From Harriotta raleighana (lineage: Eukaryota), in contig JBNZDD010013732.1 of assembly GCA_050575255.1 (NCBI GenBank), forward strand, positions 10,838,394 through 10,902,393: a stretch of DNA of 64,000 bases, written 5' to 3'. Below are positions 24,401 to 36,400 of the stretch, in pieces; positions within the stretch are counted from its first letter, which is position 1; every line of letters starts with the position of its first letter. A program made the position numbers and the translations under genes. The notes below the pieces were generated by a model. That model did not search any database. It was given only the letters and a program-made list of their open reading frames with translations, and was not told where the DNA came from.

Positions 24401-27400
24401 TCTCTGTATATCCCTAGCTGTCTTTAATCATAAAGCAGAGTACATTGAATGCCTTAAGGGACAGGCAAATATAGACAGCAGGAAGCTGTCCTTGCAACAG
24501 GCATGTCATCTTTAGTGATGGAACTATTCAAACATATTCTCAACATGCAAAAGCGAGAAGACATACACATGACAAGTTTTAAAATTATCATGTCAAAAAG
24601 GTCAGAGTGACCTTGCCATTTCTTAGGGTGTTAGGGATGAGCACAAGTCTGGGCCAGAAAATTGATATAATTCCAATCTGCCACTGCCATGATATTTTTT
24701 GAGTGCAGAAATGGTTGCTATTTTTCTTTCACCCCCTTCTCCCCACTTCCAGGAGCTATGTCTCCAGTCTGCTGAGCTCTGAATCAAGACCAGTCAGCCA
24801 AGAAAGCATCAAGTTTGTATTTTTTGTTGGGATTTGATGATGTTGCTCACAAAATACCACAAGGAGCCTCCCTGTGTGGCAAGTGGACATGCAGATTATC
24901 CCTCAACAAGTCTGATGCTTTCCCTTCTGGTACAGCCATTCAAATCTAGCCAAATCTTCAAACCCAGACTGCTCATCTCTGACACTGCTCCTCAGACACT
25001 GAGCGGCTTGCGAGTCACATCTCTTAGTGATCACTAACACCAGTGACCTTTCAGTTCAAATTTGGCTGAAACGAATGGCTGATATCACCAAAGGCCCTTT
25101 AAGTAATGCCGAGCGGAATTTTAACTCATTCTTTTCATCAGCTGTTTATAAACAGATATTGTCACCATGGAAAAGATCACAAGTGTTAGTGAGCAGAGGG
25201 TGACAGATCCCCAAACGTATTTCATAGTGCAGAGGTGAGCACATTGAAATGATATTCACAAGAAAAACAATACCCTTCACTGTTTTATCAACAGGGACTA
25301 CTGAATCTGTTTTCGCTAAAGGACGTGTGGCAAAATCTCCTACAGACAGCAGAGAAAGGAAGAAAGAGAAGAGGTAAAGTGGAAAGAAAGTTCAAGGTAG
25401 TACAGTTAACGGGTTATTTTCAAACAAACAAAGTAACATTAGTAAGCAGAAGGGAAGAGGCAAGCCAACTGGAGGCACAATAGCTATGTCTCAGTGCAGA
25501 AGTCTCCCCCCTCCATGTTCAGAGGCCCAGATTGACTGCAGTGGAAGACACATTCAACAGGGAAAGGCACAAGATCACAGGTAAGGGCAGGAATCCCAGG
25601 AACCCAAACCAACCAGCCCCAAACTGCCATTCCAAAGCTCTCAGCAGTCAGACCCATGCCAACGATCCTCCCAGCAGCGGATCTATGTGACTTTAAGACC
25701 CACCCCTGCCCTAAAGAGAGGGGAATTGGTTTACATAGTCTCACCAGCTGAGACATTTTTATTTAAGCAAACACCACAAAAAAAGCAGAATCAAAATCGC
25801 TGTTAGTCAAACCCATTGACAAAACTGTCCACAGAAACAAAATCAGAGGCCATTCTGTCTTATTGTCAGGTTTAGTGCAATGAAGACAGAGGTCCAGATT
25901 GACACCGGTTAAGCTGGGGTGAGCACCCCAGCCATTTTGGTTATAAACAAACCATGGTCTCATTTTTCACAGACATGTTTGTTATCGATGAAAAACCGGA
26001 GAAACAAAGAGGAGAGCGCCCAAAAAGGAAAGCTCTGCCTTTCGTGTTGCACTGGTCCTCTGCCTGGTCATTGCACCCCTACCAGCAGTGAAGCACCGCC
26101 TGCCCACACCGCAAACAGCCAGAAGCTGATGAAACCATGCAGATTCAGCGTTAGTTACTGTACCTCGCCCCATCCCTGGTGCGGGAAACGCTGTTAATAA
26201 AGAACATTTTTTTTAAAACAATGTAGAAAGGGAACAGAAAAAAATACTGCACAGTTGGGAACACACCGAGAGCAGACTAGACTTATCAAAACAACATCTT
26301 GCATTTATACATCGTGGAGTAGTGTCTCAGAGTGGACAGAGAAACCACAACATTAAAACTTGCTCAACTTGCCAAGTTCAACTTCAAAACATGACTTTGC
26401 TACATATGGATGGATTAATCGTAATAGTACTAAGAGTTACCAGAAACTAATGAACAAAACCAATAGGCCTCGCAGCATCAGCTTATGGACGTACCCTTCA
26501 TTGTACAGGTCTCAGTTTAATAAGAAACACTTTATGTGGGGTCAAAAGAGAATTGCCTTTAGTCCATGTGCATCCCGTTCACATTACTTGTCAGTGAAAC
26601 TGCCCTCCACTATAGTTGACCAAGTTACCACTAAACTCAAAACATTTGTATTGACAGGAGCTTCTGACATCCCTCATGGTGGTTACCTGGTGGCAGTGTG
26701 CTCCACAAACTCAATCTACACTCCCTCCAAACCCCCCACCACTGCCCCCCAAATCCTAATCTGACCCACTATTGGGAAACCACTGCGTGAGGACTATATC
26801 TAAACCTGGGGCATTAAACCTGGACCTTTCCTTGTGGCAGATTGAGCCATCAGCCAGATGGCTTGCTATAGCTGCTCAGAAAACTGAGGCCTCTTTTGAA
26901 CAGAAATCTGACACAGAAAGAATGCAAATCAGCTCTCAATTTAGAAAAACAATCACGTATCGTTTAATAGACTAAATGGTCTCTCACCACAAACACTGCA
27001 CACATTACCTTCGTCCATAACGGTGATCGCCTCCTCTGTGATTTTGCTGCCCGGACCTACAGCCGTGTATGCATTCAGATAGAATTTGTAGCGGGTGCTG
27101 TAGTTGAGGTCCTTCAAAGTCCAGCTAGTCTCGTTTTCGGCAGGGATGGTGATCTCCACCAGGGGCCCCAGCTCATGTGTACTGTTAACTGAAATTAAAT
27201 GGATGGACATGTCTGTGAATGAGTAGTGGGATTCCAAAGGCAGACACAACAATTAATAATCTGGAAAGATTTTCGTTGATTGAGTGCAAATCGTGGAAGG
27301 TGGCTTCTCACCTCTCAAAACATATACATCAGCACTTACAACTCTGTAAACCCTGGCACTAAAGGTGTCTGTACTGTGCATTCATTGGCTTTACAACTGT

Positions 27401-30400
27401 ATGCAATGGGCAATATACGATTTTTAATGTTCATTTGCATGGACATGGACAAACAATCTGTAAACTCTTAAACAATTAAGGCAGAGGTCAGCTCAAAGCA
27501 CCTTACTGAACTTTTGAAAGACTTTTAAACTTTCAGTTTGCTTCCTGGCCGCCAACACTGACTATCTTGCAATACAATTGTTGCATGTCAGGCATACGCA
27601 TTTTGAATATGGATTCAAATGGCAGTGGTAACAGCGCATTGCTTCAAAGGCAAACATCAAAGCGACGGCAAGATTCTGCTGGTAAGGGAAACTGTTAACA
27701 CTCGCATTGCACCCAGCCTGAATTCAGCAGCCGAGATACCTCTCACTGTGCTGCCAGAGTGGAATGAATGCCTATGAATTTTATGCCTGCACAACCCTTG
27801 GCAATGTAACTTTGTTATAAATCATGGGCCCATTACAAAGTTGAAGCACTGTTGGGCACTCAACCGTGAAAAGGCCAACACCAATGGGGGAAGATTTTCG
27901 CACACAAAAAAAAGTTCAGGCACCTCGTAAAACATATTAAGTACACATAAATTAAATTGATAAAGTATAAACACAGTTAAGGTTTCTGATGTCAGTCTTC
28001 TGATTTGATTCTTCTCAATGTTATGACCGGATCATTGCCTGATGAATATCAGCCTCAGGATTGTGCTGGCTAAAAGGATGGATGGAAATGAAATGAGCTG
28101 AAGAAAGGAAAAACACATCCCTAAAAATCAATGACCTTTCAATTGAGACAACCCTGGCTTCTTGTGAATTGATCAAGCTGCTCAGTGAACAAATGGAACG
28201 AGCTGCAGGGGCCAACTTTCTAATTGGGAAATTGTTCAGATGAACTCATAATGATTGATAATCCCTGCAATTTAGGCGCTGCCTTTCACGTCAGAAAAAA
28301 GTGCTTCCCAGGATTTTACTGTAAAATGCAACCACTTGATACAAACAAAGGAAAAACAGGGAGAAACAAGCAGCTACCCATTTTTCAAAACAAATGCACA
28401 CTTTATGGCAACTTCAACAAATATTTACCAAATTGGATACAGTAAAAGCCCGTTTATCCATGACTCAATGAACCGGAAAACCCGTTCAACCGGCACCTCA
28501 AAAAAGTCCCGATTCGATAAATCGGAAGTTATCCGGCAGTATAGCGATGACGCATTTAATGAATCGATTGGCGCATGCGAGTACTGTGCAGGTATTTCGG
28601 CTGGCAGCTAGTCGAGCCTAAAGTCGCGCTACTGCAGTTTTTTAAAAAGTCGCACTGACGTTTTGTTTTCCTCCCGTGGTGGCCATTGCAGAAGTTAAAT
28701 ATCAATAAATTACTAATACAATATTCTGTTATTATAGTATCTGTTATTAGTGTATTTAGTCTATTATTTATATAGTACAGTGTACAATATTTACAATAAA
28801 GTACCCATATAATATTCTGTTATTACAGTATCTGTTATTACTGTATTTACTCTATTATTTATATGGTACAGTATACAACATTTACAAGAAAGCACCCATA
28901 CAATATTGTTATTATCTGTTATTATTTAATCTATTATTAATATGGTATGTATTAAAATAATTTTTAATAAAGATTTTTTTTTTAAATGTTTAACCGGTCA
29001 GCCGTTTAACTGGCATTTGCCAGGATCAGTGGGTGCCGGATAAATGGGCTTTTACTGTAGTACAATTCCCTTAATGTATAAATAAATACAAATAATAATA
29101 ACTATTGTTATTTTGGTCACCAGCCGGTCAAGAAAATATCAGACGAAAGAAGCAACTTGCATGCCATGGGGAAACATTTGAAGATCAGACCTCAGGCACA
29201 AGAGAAAGTTTCCACTGTTGTTGGCAATGCAGACACTTACTTGGCTGGTATTTCAGAATGTAGCCTTTTAGAATGCCATTGGGATGAACAGGAGGCCCCC
29301 ACTGCAGGGTTAGAGAGTCCAGTGTTGGGCTAGTTATCTTCAAAAATTCCGGAGAACTGGGCACTGGTGAAAAGCACATATAAACATATGTGTGAACAAC
29401 CTGTCCAGCAATGGCAGCTAGGCTTTCATCCACTTGGCGCCGGCATTCTGGAACTCCCTCCCCAGGATGCTCTGACTGATCACCCTCCCAACTTTCAAGA
29501 TACACATCAAAACATATCTCTTTGACCTCGCTTTTGTTCATCTTTTCCTCCTCGGCTCCCACCCCAACTCACCCTCAGCTCAGGTGCCCAGCCAATATTG
29601 TCAAGTATTTTGAGACATCCTCCCAATGAGAAAGGGGTTGTTTAATGTAAATTGTATGTACAGTATTTTACTCTACATGATTAGAGACAATAGATTTTGT
29701 GTGGTTGATATGGAGGTGATCAAATTTGTAAAGTTCATTTAAAGGAATGAAAATGTATGGAATCCAGCAGATTCCCAGACGTATCTCATGTGGCTGGGCT
29801 GGCATGCTGCCCAGATACCCATTTCATTATGAGTGCATCCTTTTGGCCACAATTCGACTTCAGGGAAATCGGAAGCAAGACTGAAGCAATAGTGGAAATT
29901 TGGTGTCCTCTCGACATTCTAGGCAGGACTGAAGGCTGGCAGGAGAATGCTCCAAACCTACCTCACCAAGAGCCAGCGTCAATGGAAATAAACATTAAAG
30001 GACAGTTTGGATCAATACGTACCTCCTTCAGGCGTTTGCACCACTACGTTATCACTGTGAGGACCCTCCCCCTTCCCATTGAAGACCCTGACATTCAGTT
30101 TGTAAACACTGTACGGTTCCAGGCCAGGCACCATCCCGTGGTTCTTGTCTCCACCAAAGATCAGGATCTTCACGTCGGAGTGATGTCTGCTCTGTTTAAT
30201 CAGGCTTCGCTCCTTCCAGTAGTAGATCTGTGCAACAAAGCACACAGCGTTAAGTGTTTCAAACAAAGCTCTGACTGACAGAAGCAATTCAATCGCTGAG
30301 AGACAACATTTTATTCACTTACTTTATACCCCTTCAAAAATCCAAGAACACTTTCTAGTGGAACTGGATTCCAATGGACCTTGGCAAGTGTGCTGTTAAT

Positions 30401-33400
30401 AACATGCTGCCGCACTGAAGTTGGGGCCTCCAATGGTACTGTAAAGAAAAACATGTAACTGTCACTCATTTCACTAATCTATGAAGGTGACAGCTGGATC
30501 GGTTGGAGGAGAGGAAGGAGGGAAATTCCTCCTTATGAGTTCTCACTCATGAATTCTAAGGTTAATTGATCACTCTCTCTAGATCCAATCTGATGAGGCA
30601 CTATAGTAAATGTAAGGAATTATATTAATATTAACCCAAGGTGTCCACCTGACAGAATCAAGGAGATTCTAGTCTTTGAGAAAGACAGTTGTAGGTTAAC
30701 TTTGTTGGGAGTTTGAGCTTGCAACCAGCTGACTCTCAGTGCAGTGCTGGGGGGAGCGCTGAATTGTTGGAAGTGCTGAGATGAGATGCTAAACCAAGAT
30801 CCCATCTGTTCAGGTGGATGTTAAAGATCTCCTGCCACTATGTGAAAAGAGACGGGAGTTTCTCTGGTGCCCTGGCCTCAGATGAGTTGGTTATTCGCCT
30901 CTTGGCTGTGTTCAAGACATTCCTGATACAAATGATTCCTACTTTTGCTGCACAAAAACTTGCCTACACTTGACACCAATTCTGTAAAAAATACAGCAAG
31001 ATGCTGTCAGATCAAAGACACTATAAGTGCATCGTTTTATTTTTCTGGATAACTTGTGAAGACCTCACTCACTGCCTACAAAATGGTAAATTGCGCAGGC
31101 CTGACTTTGGGCATGTATTCTCTGTCCGAACCATGCAACAAAGCAGTGGGGTTCCCACACACGATGTCACAGACATACTGGCGAGCAGAATATAACAGTT
31201 CAAAGCCAGCCTTTTTACTACAACCAGGGGCTGTTTTGTTTTACATGAACACCAGACAGACAACGACTCAAACCTCTGCCGTGAAGGCATGCACTGGTGC
31301 TTACAGTCCTCTCCAGAGTAGCCGGTGACAGCCTGGGGTTCTGAGGCAGCTCCGAGTGAGTTGAATGCTTGCACCTTCAAATCGTAGGGGGAAAAGGTGG
31401 GGGTTCCTGAGACGATGTACTTGGAAACATTGGCGACCATTACAGAGGTCCACTCATCGTCCATGTCCTTCTGCCGCCAGCTGACCTTGTACGTCAGTCC
31501 TGCCCCATTCTGCTGGATGCCTTTCAGAGGCTGCACAGAGAACAACAGAGTTAATTGACCTCCTCTCAACCCCCAGTCAACTGGTGAGATTCCAGCTCAA
31601 GCTCAGTGTCCAAAGGAACAAATTCTCACTTAGTTCACCCACAAAACACAGTCACTAAACTTTACATCTAATCCTATGAAACACTTTGGGACATGGTCCC
31701 TATGTGAAAATATATTTTTTCCGTTGATCTGAGCCAGTGCTGTGTTCCTGTTTACATCAGGGGATCTCCAATCCACTAGGTGACGCATGTTCAAAAAGGA
31801 TAAGATAGAACTTTGTGGTTATTGAGGCAATAATATCACAGATGTTGGAAATAAAAATACTGTATAACTTTTAATGTTTAAACTGTAGTAAATCTCCCTC
31901 TTGCCTCTTGTTTTTGTTGAGGCAAGACGCCACCAAGTGGTGATCGACTGGTTGAAGACCCTTGGTTTATATTTGATACGCCACCAAACCAATTCATCAC
32001 ACACAGACTTTAAAGTGAATCAAACTGCTCTTAGATGTGTGTACAAGGATTTCTGCTTGACACACATCTTACAGACAAGTGTAAGATTTTAAACCAGCTC
32101 GGTGAGGGTGCTTAGACTTAACTTGCCTTCCCCTAGAATGTCCTCAAGAATCAGACACAGCATGAAAAATTGTCAGTAAAATTAATTGGATACTTGTTTA
32201 TGAGAAAGGTGTTAAACATGAGAAACCTCAATGCATCCAGATGACAGATTTTACCAACACAATATTCTGTTTGTACCTTCCAGATAATGACAAGGTTGTT
32301 CGGGTCAGTCCCCAATCCCCGCACATTTGATGGGTTTTCTTCAGGAGCTGGAATAGAAAAGGCAAATTGCCTCATTGTGGTTCCTCATTGGAAGACAAAC
32401 ACTGAGCCATTGGTGGCTGGGCTTTCAGTCTCTGCTACCACACTTTGGAACTCCATCCCGCAGTCCCTCCGCCTTGCTTCCTCCCTTTCCTCATTCAAGG
32501 CCGGTGTGAAGACCTTCCTCTTCGAATGCCCCTTCGGCTTCCCCCCTAACTCTTCTCCCTCTCCCCACCCCCCACCCTGCTCGGGACCCGACCTGACTGT
32601 TCAGCGCTTTGGGACGTCCTCTTGACGTGATAGGCGCTATACAAGTGTAATTTTGTTGTTGTTGTTGAGAGCTGGGATCAGAATACCAAGAAAACACCAC
32701 AAGTTCTAACTCTAGTACAGCTGTCGGCGATGTCCCACACCCATCACATTGATATGAACCATTCCAGTGACACAGAAAACATTTTGTGTGAGGAGTGTGT
32801 AGCTATCCAAAAGAGAGTAATTTCTCCCCATCCAGCACAGGAATCTACTGCAAAAAAATAATAATTCACTGCCTGTCTGCCTGTGAGGCACCGCTATGTG
32901 CAAATTGGTGGCTGTGTTCACCTAGAAAAACATAGAACCTAGAATTTACAGAAAACTTGGAGAAGCACTTTAAGATGTGCTTGATCTTTTTTTGGTGCTA
33001 TATCAAATGCAGGAATATTGTCTTAGCCCGCACTTCTCTCTATTATGTTCCATGCTCCGAGCAAGATAATCAGCCATTTTATTTTGTTTGTAAGTTTATT
33101 GCTGGAGGATCAGCTCCTTTGGTTCATGTGTATTTTACCAGCTGCCCGTCTGACAACACTCTCTCCTCTGAGACAGAAGGTTGTGCATTCAAGCCTCACA
33201 AAAGGACTTTGGATTCACAAATTCTGGGCTGTCACTCCATACATTGATACAGGAGATGCTTCCCTTCTGATGAAATGTTACACTGAGGTCCTGTCTGCAT
33301 GTTCGGGTTAAACATCCCTCGGCACTATTCAAGACAAAGTGAGTTTTTCTGATCAACCAGTGTTCTGATCAACATTCACCCAAATAAAATGAGTTATTCA

Positions 33401-36400
33401 TTTCATGGATGTAACATCACCCTGTGCAAACTTTCTGCCACATTTGCATACAAATATACAGTCACTTTACTCTACAGTGAATCTTGAAGAGCTTTGAGAA
33501 GTCCTCCCAATGTGAAAGGCGCAAACACTAAACATGTGTATTATTGTTGTTGTGATTACCAGCTGGCTGGGTGAAGTAGCGTTCAGAGGGTAGACTTGGT
33601 TCACTGTTGCCAATCGGATTAACAGCAACAACACGGAACTGGTAATTGACATAAGGTGAAAGCTTCAACTGTGCAGTGCTTTTTGTTCCCTCTACTTCCA
33701 CTAGATGGTGCCAGACTCCTGGCTCAAACTGGTCCTCCTCGTACTCAATGATAAAATCTGTGATCAAAGAAGAACAAATCAGGATAATACATGTTCATCT
33801 TGCAGCAAATGCAGCCTTCAGTTGTATCAAAAATGACAATTTACAGTCAGGAACATAGTAATAAAATAAAGGAATATTTTACCAGGTTAAGATAGCCTAT
33901 ATATGTCAATAATATTAATTATACAATATGGATGATCTAGTGGAGATATTTAAATGGGAATCAGGTGAGCGACGTGGAGAAAAGGTACGAGAAAGCCCTG
34001 GAATGAGCAAGGAACTGGCAATCAGAATCAATGTTTAGTTGGAGGAAGGAGTCCCAGCATGAACACAAAGGATCAATCCGTCTCTGTTGCAGATCTCAGC
34101 AATTCTAGACCCAGTTCATTTAACAAATTAAAATCTTTAGTTCTGCAAAAAAAAAAGTCATTATACAAAATGATGACAGTATTCACTTTTTTAGGTTTCT
34201 CAGAATTTTAAGTTTCTCAGAAATCCAAGCTGGAATGTGCTGGTTTACTTTGTATGCAATTACCCAAGATTTGCAAAGCCCTGATTCAGGGTTTCGGAGG
34301 TTTCAGAGATTAAAGGCATGTTTTCTTGGTGTCTAGTATTTGACAAAAATGGGCTATAATGGAGATCTGAGTCACTCTTGCTGGTTTTAACCCACAAACA
34401 GGGAGAAGCGATTCAGTCCATTGGGTCTGTTCCACCAGTTGAGTAGATCATGGCAGATGTTTTCCCCACTATTTATTTATATGTCTTGTGATACCTTGGA
34501 ACATCCTTGCGATGTGAAAGGCACAATAAAATCCTAATTTGTTCATTGCTTTTTGTCCAAGTATCCATCTCTCACTCTCTTAAAATGTTATAGCTTTATT
34601 CTTGCTGTGTTGCTTTTCAAAAACGGGAAGGTAACATTAAATAGGACACACAGAAGGAAGCCATTCAGCCCATTAAATCCCTTCCACCAATTTATATAAT
34701 CTGGACAGCTGTTTAATCCCAATGCATGCTCTTTTACCATAATCCCAAATATCTCCACTACCCAAGTATCTTTGTTTCTCTTTTAAACACCCCTATTGAT
34801 TCTGCCTCTGCAGCTTTTTGGGGCAGAGTATTCCACATCTTCACAACCCTCAGGTGTGATGAATAGCTTGACGATGTTAGTTACTAGGGAAAGAAACACA
34901 AGATTTTGCACATATTCATATACCTTTGAAAATGGTCCTTGATTGTAAACACAAGAAAATGTGGTACTTACACCACCAAACCCATCCCTTCTTCGTGTTT
35001 CTTAGCATTTAAGCTAAAAACAAGCATTATAACATTTCCCCACTACTTACGTGAAATGGGACTGTTGTGCTCATCGCCTTGTATCCATGACAACTGCACA
35101 CTCCTGTCTAGAGGGCTTGTTAGCTCTAGGTCTGATGGTGGATCCGGTCGATCTGCAGGAAAAGGCACCAAATTAGAATTTAAAGAAAGGGTTGGCGCAG
35201 AATTCTGTTGCAAACCTGAAGTGACATTGACATGCGCATAGATGCAACTGATGTGACTGCATGCATGTGGGCTTCTTTCATCTCACAGTCACACTCAACT
35301 GACAGGAAGACATTCTCATCAGCTTTGAGTGATTGCTGTAGATAAAAGTGCAAAATATTTAACAGCTTAAAATGGTTTGCTTGAATCACTGTCTTTGCAA
35401 TTAGTGGTAGCACAGGGCTTCTATCTGAATTTCTATTTACTAGTTAGGATGTATGTCTGGAAAAGGTGGGTGGGGGAGGGCCTGCTTTATAAATTGCCCT
35501 GCAAACCTAGCTGACATGCTGAGCTGCTGCTGTATTTCCTAGAGTCCAGTGCTAATCCTGGCATAACCTAAATACATTGCGCATCTGCTGCAGTGTTCAG
35601 CAAACAGCTCAGAAGAGCAGAGATGTTGCGCAACTGTGTTTGAGGGCAGAGCTGTTGCAGCCACACTTAATGTTGAAAGATTCCACATGCAGTATACTTC
35701 TGCCACATAGTGTGGAAACAGTAGGAAGCAAAAATACTCTGCATTCAGTATGCCTAAATGAAAGAGGAGGAGGCTTGGGCCATCATTTCTGTGCCGAGTG
35801 CCATCTCCTCTCGTGTGTGAATCTGCTCCAAGTGTTTGCAGTGGGATTCCCCTTGGCTGTGCTGAGGAGGTATCACATGTGATCTCCGACATGCATTTCA
35901 CATTTCACTTGGCTACACGGATGCTTCTCCTTGGTTTTCCCTGAATTATTTAAAATTTCATGTGAGAAAACATTGACCTGAGCTAATTTAAACTCTGCTG
36001 GCCTGACCATGATGCCATTACCTACTACGCCTACTAAATCTCATCCTGCTTTTTTCTGGCGTGTGCCATAAAACTGGCCAACGGTTCCAAGTCATCAGTT
36101 GGGTGCATGTGTGCCCAGAAAGCTGGCTACTACTGTTGTGAGCGTTTGCATCTGTTTCTGGATCTTTCTCTGTGCCGAAGCAAATTACACAGTCAATGTA
36201 CTTTACAGTATATCCTGTGAAGCGCTTTGAGACATCCTCCCGATGTGACAGGCACCAAACCAAATGTATTATTATAAGCCTGACACTTTGCTGGAAGCCA
36301 CAGTTTGTATCATACAAACAAGGCCACAGTTTACATGTGTTATAAACAGACCCACCTTAAATCAAAATCACAATAAAATATTGAACCATTTCTACTTGCC

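Noticed and set aside
25484-25540. Acceptor-like cttccactgcag in the FN4-FN5 intron
   Set aside because: The phase-1 frame stops after 5 codons and there is no matching donor.
26036-26099. GC-rich exon-like stretch after the 27-nt exon
   Set aside because: In-frame TGA, poor acceptor, and only about 64 nt from the upstream donor.
29757-30278. Plus-strand ORFs (173 aa here; also 54059-54520 and 43806-44156)
   Set aside because: Antisense shadows of NRCAM exons with no recognisable protein features.
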